Source: Clostridiales bacterium
Lineage (GTDB): Bacteria > Bacillota > Dehalobacteriia > UBA4068
DNA: 64,000 nt
NCBI GenBank assembly: GCA_040767605.1
Contig: JAXGOI010000001.1
Span: 726,814 to 790,813 of the forward strand
Direction: 5' to 3'
Part shown: positions 9,260 to 21,594 of the stretch, one piece after another
How the letters are laid out: the number at the start of each line of letters is the position of its first letter
Numbering within the stretch: the stretch's first letter is position 1
The notes under the pieces: generated by a model
What the model was told of the DNA's origin: nothing
Database searches by the model: none
The model's input: only the letters and a program-made list of their open reading frames with translations
Made by a program: the position numbers and the translations under genes

Positions 9260-9583
9260 GTGAAAATAATGTCCCTCGCTGCAATTGAAAGTGTAACTTC
9301 CGCTGAAAAGCAAGCCGAAGAAATAAAGCAAAATGCCCGGGCCGAGGCCGGGCAAATAATTGAAGCCGCTCATAAGCAAGGCAAAGAATTTATAGATGCG
9401 GCAAAAAATAAGGCCCAGGCGGAAATTGCCCTGATGGAAAAGGATATTCTGGCTAAGGCACAGGCCAAATCAGAAAAAACAGCCGAAAATACTGCCGGCT
9501 TCTGCAGGGAGCTTAAAGAAAAGGGTGAAAGCCGTCTTCAGGAGGCAGTTTCAATTATTGTCGGAAGGGTAGTGAATGAATAA
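9260..9583 (+). CDS. ntpF: V/A-type ATPase small peripheral-stalk subunit (H/G-like)
   Basis: 107 aa, all-helical and Ala/Glu/Lys-rich (AEKQAEEIKQNARAEAGQII…), typical of the V-ATPase G/H stalk subunit. First gene of the operon. GTG start (an alternative ATG is at 9269). Confidence 0.7.
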   Translation: MKIMSLAAIESVTSAEKQAEEIKQNARAEAGQIIEAAHKQGKEFIDAAKNKAQAEIALMEKDILAKAQAKSEKTAENTAGFCRELKEKGESRLQEAVSIIVGRVVNE

Positions 9584-11541
9584 TGGCAATCGTCAAAATG
9601 CGGCGCTTGCGGCTACTTGCCCCTTCCCGGGTTAAAGGCCCCTTACTTAAAGAATTAAGTAATTATGGCTGCGTTGAAATTGAAAGCGGAGATAAGTTTT
9701 TAGGGGATGAGAACCTTCAAAACCTGAAAGCTCTTTTGCAGCCCCCCCAGGACGATACCGCAAATACCTGGGCCAAGCTTAATGAAATAAACGCTTCTTT
9801 GACGGCGCTGAATAAATTCGCCCCGGAAAAGAAGCCGTTTTTTGAACCAAAGCCCTCGATTTCTCTTACAGACCTTTATAACCCGGAAAGAAGGGCAACG
9901 GCCTTAGCCGCGGCTGAAGAAATTAATGCCTGCAGCAGAGAAATTAATTCCCTTTTAAGCGAAGAAAGCAGGCTGGAGGCTAAAAAGCTTTCCCTTCTCC
10001 CCTGGGAAGAATTGGAGCTGCCCTTAAACTTTACAGGGGGCAGCAGCTACAGGCATACTCTTGGAGTTTGTCCTTCTGTAAATTCTTTTGAGGATTTGCT
10101 TTCCGCCTTAGAAGAAATTAAAGAATGCCAGCTAAACCATATAAGCTCCGACCGCAATCAGCATTATCTTTCTTTTATCTGCCATTGCGATAGCCTGGAT
10201 AAGGCCATGGAAGCCCTGAAAAGCAAGGGGTTTTCAGGTATTTCCTTTAAGGATATTGAAGGCAGCGCAAAAGAAAATATTTCTGCCGTGGAAAGCCGCC
10301 TTGCTGAAAGCGCGCTAAAAAGAGAGGCTCTGGCCGGGGAAATACTGGCCAAAAGCGGCAAAAGAGCCCTTTTAGAGCAAACCCAAGACAGCCTGACTTT
10401 AGAAAACACCCGGGAAAAGATTCTCTCCTCCCAGGGGGGTACAAAAGAAACCACCTATATGCAGGGCTGGATACCAAATACAGAAGAAGAAAAAATTACA
10501 GATGTTCTTAAAAAACAGGGCTGCGCTTATGAATTTTCCGACCCCCAAGAGGGGGAAGAGCCCCCGGTGCTTTTAAAAAATTCCCGGCTGGCTTCGCCTT
10601 TTGGCGCCATAACCGAGCTTTACGGCCTGCCGGGGTACACTACTATTGTAGACCCCACCCCTTTTGTGGCGTTTTTCTTCTTCCTCTTTTTCGGCATGAT
10701 GCTCTCTGATGCCGCCTATGGCTTAATTCTTGCCTCCTTAACCTTATTTTACTTAAAGAAAGCTCAGCCAACAGGCGCTACCCGAAGATTTATTCTCGTT
10801 GCCTTTTTCGTCGGCCTTTCCGCCCTTGGCTGGGGAGCAATTTTCGGCAGCTGGTTTGGGGATGTGATACCCGCTCTTTCCGTATTTACCACAGGGCAAA
10901 GAATAAATATACCCTTTGTTTTTGACCCCTTGGCGGAACCTATGAAAATGCTGATTCTCTCTTTATCCCTAGGGGTTATCCACCTCTTTATAGGTATGGG
11001 GATTGGAGCCTACCGCCTTATTAAACAGGGCTACCTTTGGGATGCTGTTTTTGATATCGGTTTTTGGTACCTGATTATCGGCGGCCTGATTTTAGCCCTT
11101 TTAGGCTTTAATCCCGGCCTTTATATTGCCTTATTTGGGGCTTTGGGTGTTCTTTTTACAGCCGGGCGCCATAAAAGAAATATTTTAGGCAAGCTGATTG
11201 GGGGTTTGGGAGCCCTTTACGGGGTTACCTCTTATTTATCGGATATACTCTCATATTCCAGGCTTATGGCTTTAGGCCTTGCCACCGGGGTTGTGGCCTC
11301 GGTTGTTAACACTATGGGAACTTTAGCCGGTAATGGGGCTTTAGGCTGGGTTTTGTTTATCCTCGTATTTTTAGTGGGGCAAACCTTTAATTTAGCCATT
11401 AACCTTTTAGGGGCGTTTGTACATACCTGCCGCCTCCAGTATGTTGAGTTTTTCGGCAAGTTTTTTGAAGGGGGAGGCCAGGCCTTTAACCCTCTTAAGA
11501 ATAAAACAAAATATATCAGACTCATGAAGGAGGAAAATTAA
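9583..11541 (+). CDS. ntpI: V/A-type ATPase subunit I (membrane subunit a)
   Basis: 652 aa. Soluble N-terminal half plus a C-terminal polytopic membrane domain. It overlaps the upstream stop by 1 nt. Confidence 0.85.
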   Translation: MAIVKMRRLRLLAPSRVKGPLLKELSNYGCVEIESGDKFLGDENLQNLKALLQPPQDDTANTWAKLNEINASLTALNKFAPEKKPFFEPKPSISLTDLYNPERRATALAAAEEINACSREINSLLSEESRLEAKKLSLLPWEELELPLNFTGGSSYRHTLGVCPSVNSFEDLLSALEEIKECQLNHISSDRNQHYLSFICHCDSLDKAMEALKSKGFSGISFKDIEGSAKENISAVESRLAESALKREALAGEILAKSGKRALLEQTQDSLTLENTREKILSSQGGTKETTYMQGWIPNTEEEKITDVLKKQGCAYEFSDPQEGEEPPVLLKNSRLASPFGAITELYGLPGYTTIVDPTPFVAFFFFLFFGMMLSDAAYGLILASLTLFYLKKAQPTGATRRFILVAFFVGLSALGWGAIFGSWFGDVIPALSVFTTGQRINIPFVFDPLAEPMKMLILSLSLGVIHLFIGMGIGAYRLIKQGYLWDAVFDIGFWYLIIGGLILALLGFNPGLYIALFGALGVLFTAGRHKRNILGKLIGGLGALYGVTSYLSDILSYSRLMALGLATGVVASVVNTMGTLAGNGALGWVLFILVFLVGQTFNLAINLLGAFVHTCRLQYVEFFGKFFEGGGQAFNPLKNKTKYIRLMKEEN

Positions 11542-12033
<492 letters not shown>

Positions 12034-12071
12034 GCATTTTTAAGCTAAAATAAGCAAAAGGATGTGCCCAA

Positions 12072-12683
12072 ATGAACGGCATTGAAAATATTACCAATAA
12101 AATCCTGTCCGATGCCAAAAACCAGGCTCAGGAGATTTTAACCCAGGCTCAAAAAGGAGCCGGGGAAATTACCCGCCGTTATCAGGAAGAGGCCGAGAAA
12201 GAAGGCAACCGCCTGCTTGAAAACTTCCGCAAAAGCGCGGCCAATAAAGAAACCCGCTTAAGCTCCGTTGCGGAGCTGGAGGGGAGAAAACAAATCCTCG
12301 GGGCAAAGCAGGAGTTAATCGGGCGGGCTTTTAATAAAGCTCTGGAAGAATTGCTTTCTTTGCCTGAAGAAAAATACTTAGCCCTCCTTTGCAAACTTGC
12401 GGCAGACGCCTCCCAAAGTTTTAGCGAGGCCATTATTCTCTCCCCTAAAGATAAAGATAAATACGGGGAAAAAGTAGCCGCCGGAGCCAATGAGCTTTTG
12501 GTTAAAAGCCAAAAAGCCCAAAAGGGAAAAGCGGCCCTGACCCTGGCCGAAGAAAGCAGAAATATTGCCGGGGGGCTGCTTTTAAAAGACGGGAATATTG
12601 AAATAAACTGCACTTTAGAAACTAAAATAAGTATGCTTAAAGAAGGCCTCTCTATGGATATAGCCAAAGTGCTGTTTAATTAA
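12072..12683 (+). CDS. ntpE: V/A-type ATPase subunit E
   Basis: 203 aa charged helical stalk protein, in the canonical position after K. Confidence 0.8.
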   Translation: MNGIENITNKILSDAKNQAQEILTQAQKGAGEITRRYQEEAEKEGNRLLENFRKSAANKETRLSSVAELEGRKQILGAKQELIGRAFNKALEELLSLPEEKYLALLCKLAADASQSFSEAIILSPKDKDKYGEKVAAGANELLVKSQKAQKGKAALTLAEESRNIAGGLLLKDGNIEINCTLETKISMLKEGLSMDIAKVLFN

Positions 12684-12728
12684 AGGCCAAGGGCCGGCTA
12701 AAAAAAGCCGGCTGAAAAGGAGCCAGCT

Positions 12729-13730
12729 ATGAAGAATACCTTTAAGGATATAGATTATTTATATTCCAGCTCAAGACTGCGCTGCCTGGAAAGGAAGCTC
12801 CTTACCCGGGAGCGTATGGAAAGAATGTGCGAGGCTAAAACCAATGATGATGCCGTTAAGGTTTTGGAGGAATGCAATTACCCGGAATTCTCCCCCCAAA
12901 GCCTGGCGGATGTGGAAAATATCCTTGCCCTTGAAAGGCAAAAAACTTTTAAGCTTTTAGAATCCATCTCCCCGGATAAGCGCCTGGTGGATATATTTAA
13001 AATTAAATATGATTATCATAATCTCAAGGTAATTATCAAGGGAGAGCAGGCCAATGAGGATTATACCTTCCTCCTTTCCCCCTGCGGCCGTTTTCCGGCA
13101 AATCAGCTTATTGAAATGCTGAGGGAGAATTCCTTTGCCGGGATGCCTCCGATTTTAAGCCGGGCCGTAAGGGAAGGCAAAGAAGTTTTGGGCCGTACCG
13201 GAGACCCTCAGGCTGGGGATTTTATTTTAGACAAAGCCTGTTATACTGAAATGCTGGGTTTAGCCAAAGAATTTAACAGGCCCTTTGTTTTAGGTTATGT
13301 GCAATTATTAATAGATTGCATAAATTTGCGCTCCGCGGTAAGAGCCCGCCGTATGGGCAGGGGGCCGGATTTTCTGAAACAAAGCCTGATTCCCGGGGGT
13401 AAATTCCCCCTTACACGCTTTATGGGGGATATTTCAGGGGATTATCTTGAATCTCTTTATCATTCCACCCCTCTGGAGCAAGCGGCAGAGGCCGGAGCTG
13501 CGGCTTTAAGAAATGAAGGCAGCCTTGCTCAAATAGATTTACAATGCGATAATGCTATAAACGCTTATTTAAAGGATGCCAAATATATTGCCTTTGGCGA
13601 GCAGCCCCTTATTGCCTATGCCGCGGCAAAGGAAGCGGAGCTAACCGCCGTAAGAACCATTATGGCGGGAAGGTTTGGGGATTTACCATCCAAAACTATT
13701 AAAGAAAGGTTAAGGGAAGCCTATGTATAA
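12729..13730 (+). CDS. ntpC: V/A-type ATPase subunit C (V0 d-type)
   Basis: 333 aa, helical, placed between E and F. Confidence 0.8.
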   Translation: MKNTFKDIDYLYSSSRLRCLERKLLTRERMERMCEAKTNDDAVKVLEECNYPEFSPQSLADVENILALERQKTFKLLESISPDKRLVDIFKIKYDYHNLKVIIKGEQANEDYTFLLSPCGRFPANQLIEMLRENSFAGMPPILSRAVREGKEVLGRTGDPQAGDFILDKACYTEMLGLAKEFNRPFVLGYVQLLIDCINLRSAVRARRMGRGPDFLKQSLIPGGKFPLTRFMGDISGDYLESLYHSTPLEQAAEAGAAALRNEGSLAQIDLQCDNAINAYLKDAKYIAFGEQPLIAYAAAKEAELTAVRTIMAGRFGDLPSKTIKERLREAYV

Positions 13731-14040
13731 AATTGCCGTTCTCGGCGACAGAGAAAGCATACTGGGCTTTAAGGCTCTGGGGCTTGAGGTTCACTTTGCG
13801 GAAGAAGCCTGCCGGGCCAAAGCTGTTTTACGCCGCCTGGCAAAGGAAAACTATGCCGTAATTTACCTTACGGAGCAATTGGCTTCTCAAATGGAGGCCG
13901 ATATAGACCAGTATAAGGATAATACCACCCCGGCGATTATTCTCTTCCCCGGCAAAGGCGGCAGCCTTGGCCTGGGTCTGTCTGGGGTTCATAAATCTGT
14001 TGAAAGAGCCATCGGAGCCGATATTTTAGGGGAGGATTAA
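13723..14040 (+). CDS. ntpG: V/A-type ATPase subunit F
   Basis: 105 aa (MYKIAVLGDRESILGFKALGLEV…), typical of V-type F subunits. It overlaps ntpC by 8 nt. Confidence 0.8.
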   Translation: MYKIAVLGDRESILGFKALGLEVHFAEEACRAKAVLRRLAKENYAVIYLTEQLASQMEADIDQYKDNTTPAIILFPGKGGSLGLGLSGVHKSVERAIGADILGED

Positions 14041-14159
14041 GAATACCCTAATAAGAGCCTTATTTTCCAGGGGCTTTTATTATCTTGGGGGCAGGCTTAA
14101 ATTAAGCCGCCCGGCCCCGGGGGAATTGCGAAAGGTGCGAAAGGAAGGTTGGTAAGTAA

Positions 14160-15929
14160 ATGAAAACAGGCACTATTATTAAGGTTTCCGGCCCTCTTAT
14201 TGTGGCCGAGGGCCTGACCCATGCCAATATGTTTGATGTTGTCCGGGTGGGGAAGGATCGCTTAATCGGCGAAATAATTGAAATGCGCGGCGGCCTTTCA
14301 TCTATTCAGGTTTATGAGGAAACCGCCGGCATAGGCCCCGGGGATATAGTTGTAACCACCAATGCTCCTTTATCTGTGGAGCTTGGCCCCGGCATGATAG
14401 AAACCATTTACGACGGCATTCAAAGGCCCCTTGAGGCCATACGGGAAATCTCCGGGAATGTTATTACCCGGGGTATAGATGTTGCGGCTATTTCTCATGA
14501 TAAAAAATGGGATTTTAAACCCCGGGTGGAAAAAGGCGCTCAGGTTGCCGCCGGGGATATCCTCGGCACAGTTCAGGAAACCGTTATTATCGAGCATAGA
14601 ATAATGGTTCCCCTGGGTATGGAGGGAACCATTGAAGAAATTTATGCCGGCGAATTTAATGTTACGGAAACCATAGGGCTTTTAAAAACAAAAGACGGCG
14701 AAATTAAGCCTTTAACCATGATGCAAAAATGGCCGGTACGCAGCGGCCGCCCCTATAAAGAAAAGCTCCCGCCGGATATACCCATGGTAACCGGGCAAAG
14801 GATTATCGATACCCTCTTCCCCCTGGCCAAAGGAGGAACAGCGGCTGTTCCCGGCCCCTTCGGCTCCGGGAAAACCGTGGTTCAGCATCAGCTGGCCAAA
14901 TGGTCCGATGTGGATTTAGTCGTTTATATCGGCTGCGGGGAGCGGGGCAATGAAATGACAGATGTCCTCCGGGAATTCCCCCAATTAAAGGACCCCCGCA
15001 CCGGGGAAAGCCTGATGAAAAGAACGGTTTTAATTGCCAATACATCGGATATGCCTGTGGCAGCCCGGGAAGCCTCGGTTTATACCGGAATTACCATTGC
15101 CGAATACTTCCGGGATATGGGCTATCATGTGGCCGTAATTGCGGATTCCACCTCCCGCTGGGCCGAAGCATTAAGAGAAATGTCCGGCCGTTTGGAGGAA
15201 ATGCCCGGGGAGGAAGGCTATCCTGCTTATCTCGGCTCCCGTCTGGCTCAGTTTTATGAGCGGGCCGGAAGAATAAAATGTATTGCCTCTGAAGACAGAG
15301 AAGCCTCCCTTACCGCCATCGGGGCTGTTTCGCCCCCCGGGGGGGATATCTCGGAGCCTGTTTGCCAGGCTACCTTAAGGATTGTTAAAGTCTTTTGGGG
15401 GCTGGACAGCTCTTTGGCATATCGCCGTCATTTCCCCGCCATTAACTGGCTGCAAAGCTATTCCCTCTATCTGGATAGGCTCTCCTCCTGGCTGGATGAA
15501 AATGTTAACAGCGAAGTTAAACATAAACGGGCTCAGGCCATGGCTCTTTTGCAGCAGGAAAGCGAATTGGAGGAAATTGTACGCTTAGTGGGCATAGATG
15601 CCCTCTCCGCCGACGACCGCCTGGTTTTAGAAACCGCCCGGATTATACGGGAGGATTTCCTCCAGCAAAATGCCTTCAGCGATACGGACTCCTTCTCCTC
15701 TCTGGATAAGCAGTTCCGCCTTTTAAGCCTGATACTTGCCTATTTCCAGCTAGCTAAAGAAGCTTTGGCAAAGGGCACTAATATGGAAAAAGTTTTTCAT
15801 ATTCCGGCCCTGGATAAGCTGGGCCGAGCCAAACATGCCTCACCCGAGGAATACTCTTCCCAGTATAAAGCCTTGGAAGAAGAAATAATTGCCGATTTAG
15901 AAAAAGCAGCAGCCGGAGGTGAGGAATAA
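14160..15929 (+). CDS. ntpA: V/A-type ATPase catalytic subunit A
   Basis: 589 aa. Walker [10 protein letters not shown]. Non-homologous insertion region typical of A subunits. Confidence 0.95.
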   Translation: MKTGTIIKVSGPLIVAEGLTHANMFDVVRVGKDRLIGEIIEMRGGLSSIQVYEETAGIGPGDIVVTTNAPLSVELGPGMIETIYDGIQRPLEAIREISGNVITRGIDVAAISHDKKWDFKPRVEKGAQVAAGDILGTVQETVIIEHRIMVPLGMEGTIEEIYAGEFNVTETIGLLKTKDGEIKPLTMMQKWPVRSGRPYKEKLPPDIPMVTGQRIIDTLFPLAKGGTAAVPGPFGSGKTVVQHQLAKWSDVDLVVYIGCGERGNEMTDVLREFPQLKDPRTGESLMKRTVLIANTSDMPVAAREASVYTGITIAEYFRDMGYHVAVIADSTSRWAEALREMSGRLEEMPGEEGYPAYLGSRLAQFYERAGRIKCIASEDREASLTAIGAVSPPGGDISEPVCQATLRIVKVFWGLDSSLAYRRHFPAINWLQSYSLYLDRLSSWLDENVNSEVKHKRAQAMALLQQESELEEIVRLVGIDALSADDRLVLETARIIREDFLQQNAFSDTDSFSSLDKQFRLLSLILAYFQLAKEALAKGTNMEKVFHIPALDKLGRAKHASPEEYSSQYKALEEEIIADLEKAAAGGEE

Positions 15930-17305
15930 TGATTAAAGAATACCGTACAATACAAGAGGTTGCCGGCCCTTTAATGCTGGTTAAAGATGTTGATAATGTA
16001 ACCTATGCCGAGCTGGGGGAAATTCAGCTTCAAAACGGGGAAATCCGCCGCTGCAAGGTTTTAGAAATTAACGGCACCACCGCCCTGGTACAGCTTTTTG
16101 AAAGCTCCTCAGGCATTAACCTTGCTCAATCCAAAGTTCGCTTTTTAGGCCATGGCATTGAGCTTGCCGTCTCTGAAGATATGCTGGGCAGGGTTTTTGA
16201 CGGTATGGGCCATCCCTCAGACGGCGGGCCGGATATTTTACCCGAGGCTCATTTAGACATTAACGGCCTGCCTATGAACCCCGCCGCAAGGGATTACCCC
16301 TCGGAATTTATTCAAACCGGGGTTTCGGCCATAGACGGCTTAAATACTTTGGTAAGAGGTCAGAAGCTGCCTATTTTCTCCGGCTCCGGCCTGCCCCATG
16401 CTCAGCTGGCGGCCCAAATTGCCCGCCAGGCCAAAGTTTTAGGGGGAGATTCCAAATTTGCCGTTGTTTTTGCCGCCGTGGGGATTACCTTTGAAGAAGC
16501 CGATTATTTTATTTCCGATTTCAAGCGCACCGGCGCTATTGAAAGAGCGGTTTTATTTATAAATTTAGCCAATGACCCGGCCATTGAGCGTATAGCCACA
16601 CCCCGTATGGCTCTTACCGCCGCGGAATACCTGGCCTTTGAAAAGGGCATGCAGGTTTTGGTTATTCTTACGGATATTACAAATTATGCCGAAGCCCTGC
16701 GCGAAGTCTCAGCCGCCCGTAAAGAGGTTCCCGGGCGCCGGGGCTATCCCGGTTATCTCTATACCGACCTTGCCACAATGTATGAAAGGGCCGGCCGCCT
16801 TTTAGGCAATGAGGGCTCTATTACAATGATTCCTATTCTCTCTATGCCTGAAGATGATAAAACCCACCCCATTCCGGACCTTACAGGCTATATTACCGAA
16901 GGGCAGATTATTCTCTCCCGGGAGCTTTACCGGAAGGATATTAAACCGCCCATTGATGTTTTACCCTCCCTTTCCCGCCTGAAAGATAAGGGTATAGGCA
17001 AAGGTAAAACCAGAGAAGACCATGCAGATACCATGAATCAGCTTTTTGCCGCCTATGCCAGAGGTAAAGATGCCAAAGAATTAATGATTATTTTAGGCGA
17101 AGCCGCCTTAACGGATACGGATAAGCTTTATGCTAAATTTGCCGACAGCTTTGAGAAGGAATATGTCTCCCAGGGCTATGATACAGACCGCACAATTGAA
17201 GAAACCTTGAATCTCGGCTGGGAGCTTCTTTCTATTTTGCCTGTAAGCGAATTAAAGAGAATTAGCCCTGAATATATTGAGAAATATTTGCCCAAAAAGG
17301 CTTAA
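15929..17305 (+). CDS. ntpB: V/A-type ATPase subunit B
   Basis: 458 aa non-catalytic alpha/beta-type subunit. Its ATG overlaps the ntpA stop. Confidence 0.95.
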   Translation: MIKEYRTIQEVAGPLMLVKDVDNVTYAELGEIQLQNGEIRRCKVLEINGTTALVQLFESSSGINLAQSKVRFLGHGIELAVSEDMLGRVFDGMGHPSDGGPDILPEAHLDINGLPMNPAARDYPSEFIQTGVSAIDGLNTLVRGQKLPIFSGSGLPHAQLAAQIARQAKVLGGDSKFAVVFAAVGITFEEADYFISDFKRTGAIERAVLFINLANDPAIERIATPRMALTAAEYLAFEKGMQVLVILTDITNYAEALREVSAARKEVPGRRGYPGYLYTDLATMYERAGRLLGNEGSITMIPILSMPEDDKTHPIPDLTGYITEGQIILSRELYRKDIKPPIDVLPSLSRLKDKGIGKGKTREDHADTMNQLFAAYARGKDAKELMIILGEAALTDTDKLYAKFADSFEKEYVSQGYDTDRTIEETLNLGWELLSILPVSELKRISPEYIEKYLPKKA

Positions 17306-17317
17306 GGGGGTTGGAAA

Positions 17318-17968
17318 ATGACTCGTCTTGCCGTAAACCCAACCCGAATGGAGCTTACACGGCTGAAGAAGCGGCTAAAAACCGCTACCCGTGGCCATAA
17401 GCTTTTAAAGGATAAACGGGATGAGCTGATGAAGCAGTTTTTAGAAATTGTCCGCCTTAATCAGGAATTGCGCAAAAAGGTGGAAGAGGCCCTGATAAAT
17501 GCCCATAAAAGCTTTACTGTGGCCTCGGCTGTAATGTCTCCCGATATTTTAGAGGAATCCCTCCTTTACCCCAAGCAAAGCGTTTCTGTGGAGATGTCCT
17601 TTCAAAATATTATGTCGGTTAATGTGCCGCGCTATAAGTTTTTAACTAAAAGCGACGACCCTGCGGAAATTTACCCTTACGGCTTTGCCTCCACCTCCGG
17701 TGAATTGGATGATGCTCTTTTCTTTCTTTCTCAAACTATGATGGATTTACTCCGTTTGGCGGAGATAGAAAAATCCGCCCAGCTTTTAGCCCAGGAAATC
17801 GAAAAAACCCGCCGCCGGGTTAATGCCCTGGAATATGTTATGATTCCCCAATTAAATGAAACCATTAAATATATAACCATGAAGCTGGATGAAAACGAAA
17901 GGGGTAACCTTACCCGCCTTATGAAGGTTAAGGATATTATTTTAGCCCAGGCCCATAATTATAATTAA
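17318..17968 (+). CDS. ntpD: V/A-type ATPase subunit D (central stalk)
   Basis: 216 aa helical. Last gene of the operon. Confidence 0.85.
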   Translation: MTRLAVNPTRMELTRLKKRLKTATRGHKLLKDKRDELMKQFLEIVRLNQELRKKVEEALINAHKSFTVASAVMSPDILEESLLYPKQSVSVEMSFQNIMSVNVPRYKFLTKSDDPAEIYPYGFASTSGELDDALFFLSQTMMDLLRLAEIEKSAQLLAQEIEKTRRRVNALEYVMIPQLNETIKYITMKLDENERGNLTRLMKVKDIILAQAHNYN

Positions 17969-17983
17969 AAGCCTTATTTATTA

Positions 17984-18016
17984 AGAGCGGCGCAATAGCG
18001 CCGCTCTTTTATTTTG
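17984..18016 (+). terminator. Rho-independent terminator after the ntp operon
   Basis: AGAGCGGCG-caata-CGCCGCTCT hairpin followed by TTTTATTTT. Confidence 0.75.
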
Positions 18017-18420
18017 GCTTAATTAAAATCTTAATAATGCCTTTTAGAGTTTTACCCCCCCACATTAATTTATCTTAATACTAAATTAGATTTATACTTA
18101 AATATTTGCTGTAATAAAAAACTCTTGTGCGGAATAATTAGGCTGCTTAAGCCTGCTCTTTATAAGTATATTTGTTTTTATTTAAGTAAATAAAAGATAA
18201 ATATGGCAATATCTTCTACTTATTATAAAAATCTGATATTAAATAATTATGAAATCAGCCGATATTTAAATTAGAGGGTATCTCTTAATCATAATTAAAG
18301 GCGCAAGTACCATCTTATGGCTTACCCTATAAATAATACTTAATTTTATTTATATATATTTAGGCGCGGCGCTTTTTAATGTCAATAAGAAACACTTGTT
18401 TAATAAGGGGGAGGCCTATT

Positions 18421-21400
18421 ATGCAAATTCCGCTGTTTTTTTCCCTGCTATTCTTTATAGCATTTATTGCGTATTTAATTTTCGGCATATACGCGTTTCA
18501 GAAAAACTCTAAAGACAGCCAAAATAAGCTTTTTTTTATCATTTGCCTCTCTTTATGCTTTTGGTCTTTAGGGTTTTCCATAGGGACTTCCGCAAAAACA
18601 TGGGAAATTTGTTTTCTGTGGAGAAGAATTTCAGCCATTGGCTGGGGTACAATATACAGCCTTTTGCTGCATTTCTTTTTACTGCTAACCACTAAACAAA
18701 GGCCCCGTAAGGCATGGGTATATTATGCTCTTATATACCTGCCGGCTATTATTTCGGTATATGTTTTCGGGGTATACGAGGCAATTGCCGTTAATCAGTA
18801 CAATTTAATAAGCACTAATTTCGGCTGGGTTAATGCCGCGGTTCAAAATGGCTGGACAATTTTTTTTAACCTTTATTATATTGCCTATATTGCAGCCTGC
18901 CTTATTCTTATTCTGCGCTGGAAAAAGGCCAACTTAAATATCCCCATCATCGTAAAACAGGCAAATCTTTTTTTGTCATCGCTTTTTATGGCATTTTTAC
19001 TTGGCAGTTTAACTGATATTGTTTTAACCGCCCTTTTAAAAAGCCCTCTTCCTCAAATGGCCCCTTTATTTACGCTTTTGCCGGTTGGAGCAATTTTTTA
19101 TTCCGTAAGGAATTATGGGCTAATGAAAAACTCCCACCAAAAAGAAGAAAATATTTTAATCTCTAATGATACCCTTTTAAAAATACAAAATTATATGGGG
19201 TACGCATTTTTACTCGGCGGGCTGGCAAGTATTGCTTCTTACTTTTTCCCCCATCTCTTAAACAGCCCGGAAAGTCTAGAATCCATGCTCTTTGGCGGCG
19301 CGACTATATCATTAACCGGAATAGTAATTTTATGGGCCCAGCATATAAATAATCAGAGAATAAAAGATACCCTTACCCTTATTACGGTATTATGCAGTAT
19401 TCCCATTATAACGCTGCAATTTGTAGCTTATGCCAGTATAACCGTTTGGGCATTCCCCTTAATTTTAATGATAATCTCTTTGGTTTTTAATTCCCGCCGG
19501 CAACTGATTTTAGTAACAATAGTGGCAATTTCTACTCAAATTCTGGTTTGGATTAATGCGCCCAAAGGTTTTGTGCCTATAGATGAATTTGATTATATTA
19601 TAAGAATCGGCCTATTGCTTATTGCTTTAATGGTCGGCTCTTTTGTAAACAAAGCATATATAAGTAAAATGAAAGAAAATATTTTTCAAACAGAATTCCA
19701 AAAGCTTGTATCAAAAATTTCTGCCGATTTTATCAGCATTAATCAAATAAATATGGATAAAAAATTTACGGATATGCTGGATGAGTTAGGGCAGTTTTTC
19801 CTAGTTGACCGCACCTATATTTTTCTGATTAACCAGCATAAAAATACTATGACTTATGCTTATGAGTGGTGTAATGAAGGAATTTCTCCGGAAATTGAAA
19901 TAATTCAGGATGCCCCTTTAGATATATTCCCCTGGTGGATGGAAGAGCTTGCCAGAGAAAAATTAGTTTATGTGGAGGATATAGATGCCCTGCCGGAGGC
20001 AGCCAAGGCGGAAAAGGATACTCTTTCAAACCAGGGGGTTAAATCAGTTGTGGTTGTGCCTATTGAGCAAAATGGCGTCATCCTCGGCTTTATCGGTTTA
20101 GATTCCGTTAAATCAAAAAAAACCTGGTCATCTCATCATATTGAACTCCTCAGGGTACTTTCTCTTTTAACGGCCGACGGATTATTAAGAATAGAATCTG
20201 AAAAAACCATTGAATATATGGCCTATTATGATCACTTAACAGGGCTGCCTAACCGCGCTTTATTTTCCGACCGCCTTTCTCAGGCTATTCATCTGGCTAA
20301 GAGAAATGAGCGGTTTGTCGGCGTAATTTTTTTGGATCTTGACGGTTTTAAAATGATTAATGACACCATGGGCCATAATAACGGAGATACCTTACTTAAA
20401 GAAATTTCCCAGGGAATTATATCCCGCTTACGCAAAACAGATACCGTAGCCCGCTTCGGCGGAGATGAGTTTTTGCTTTTAATTAATAATCTGAGGGATG
20501 AAAATGATATTATTAAAGTTGCGGATAATGTTATGGATTTATTTAAGCACCCCTTTTATATATGCGGGCAGGAGTTTTATGTAACTGCAAGCGCCGGGCT
20601 GGCAACATATCCCTTTGACGGTGAGGATACGGAAACTTTAATTAAAAATGCCGATATCGCAATGTATAATGCAAAGGAAAGAGGAAAAAATCAGTATATT
20701 ATGTGCACAAAGGATATGAAAGAGGAGCTGAAAAGAAATATTAAATTATCTAATCAGCTTTACCGTGTTCAGGAAAGAAATGAGCTTATCCTTTACTATC
20801 AGCCTCAAATAAAGCTTTGCACCGGTAAAATTGTCGGCATGGAGGCCCTGCTCCGCTGGAAGCATCCGGAATTCGGCATGGTTCCGCCGAATATTTTCAT
20901 CCCCTTAGCCGAAATGAACGGCGCCATCAACGGTATTGGGGAATGGGTTCTCCAAACGGCGGTTAAGCAGAATAAGGAATGGCAAGACAAAGGCTTCCCT
21001 CCTATGCGCATTGCCGTAAACCTCTCGGCAGTGCAATTTAATAATCCTGAGCTTGCAGATAGAATTAAATTTATTTTACATAAAGCAAAACTGGAGCCAA
21101 AATATCTTGAGCTAGAAATAACCGAGAGTGTTGCCACAAAAGAATCCTCCCATATAACAGAGGCTTTAAATCAACTGAAAAAAATCGGGGTAACAATTTC
21201 CATTGATGATTTCGGCACGGAATACTCCTCCCTTAACCGCCTTAAGGCCTTGCCGATAGACAGGATAAAAATTGATATGCAGTTTATCCAGGGGATTGAA
21301 GGCTGCGAAAAAGACAAGGCCATAACAAAGGTTATAATTAATTTGGCCCAAAGCCTTGGCCTTGAGGTAACAGCCGAAGGCGTAGAAACAGAACCCCAAT

Positions 21401-21546
21401 TAAACTTTTTAAACCAGAAAATGTGCGATGAGGTTCAGGGCTATTACTGCTATAAGCCGATGCCGGCAGAAGATATAGAAGAATTGCTCCAAAGCCTGGT
21501 TGTAAAAAAAGGGCAAGGCAATAAAAAAGCGGGGCACTTGGCCTAA
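18421..21546 (+). CDS. Membrane c-di-GMP protein with N-terminal multi-TM sensor domain, GAF, GGDEF and EAL
   Basis: The start is most likely the ATG at 18421 (MQIPLFF), with an AAGGGGGAGG RBS. The track ORF opens at 18379. It has more than 10 predicted TM helices, a GAF-like region, GGDEF (RFGGDEFLLL) and EAL (MEALLRWKHPE, plus DDFGTEYSSL). Both catalytic motifs are intact. Confidence 0.85.
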   Translation: MQIPLFFSLLFFIAFIAYLIFGIYAFQKNSKDSQNKLFFIICLSLCFWSLGFSIGTSAKTWEICFLWRRISAIGWGTIYSLLLHFFLLLTTKQRPRKAWVYYALIYLPAIISVYVFGVYEAIAVNQYNLISTNFGWVNAAVQNGWTIFFNLYYIAYIAACLILILRWKKANLNIPIIVKQANLFLSSLFMAFLLGSLTDIVLTALLKSPLPQMAPLFTLLPVGAIFYSVRNYGLMKNSHQKEENILISNDTLLKIQNYMGYAFLLGGLASIASYFFPHLLNSPESLESMLFGGATISLTGIVILWAQHINNQRIKDTLTLITVLCSIPIITLQFVAYASITVWAFPLILMIISLVFNSRRQLILVTIVAISTQILVWINAPKGFVPIDEFDYIIRIGLLLIALMVGSFVNKAYISKMKENIFQTEFQKLVSKISADFISINQINMDKKFTDMLDELGQFFLVDRTYIFLINQHKNTMTYAYEWCNEGISPEIEIIQDAPLDIFPWWMEELAREKLVYVEDIDALPEAAKAEKDTLSNQGVKSVVVVPIEQNGVILGFIGLDSVKSKKTWSSHHIELLRVLSLLTADGLLRIESEKTIEYMAYYDHLTGLPNRALFSDRLSQAIHLAKRNERFVGVIFLDLDGFKMINDTMGHNNGDTLLKEISQGIISRLRKTDTVARFGGDEFLLLINNLRDENDIIKVADNVMDLFKHPFYICGQEFYVTASAGLATYPFDGEDTETLIKNADIAMYNAKERGKNQYIMCTKDMKEELKRNIKLSNQLYRVQERNELILYYQPQIKLCTGKIVGMEALLRWKHPEFGMVPPNIFIPLAEMNGAINGIGEWVLQTAVKQNKEWQDKGFPPMRIAVNLSAVQFNNPELADRIKFILHKAKLEPKYLELEITESVATKESSHITEALNQLKKIGVTISIDDFGTEYSSLNRLKALPIDRIKIDMQFIQGIEGCEKDKAITKVIINLAQSLGLEVTAEGVETEPQLNFLNQKMCDEVQGYYCYKPMPAEDIEELLQSLVVKKGQGNKKAGHLA

Positions 21547-21594
21547 GCCCGCCCCGATATATTTTAAAGCTTTTAAAATATGTATTTAGCTTGT

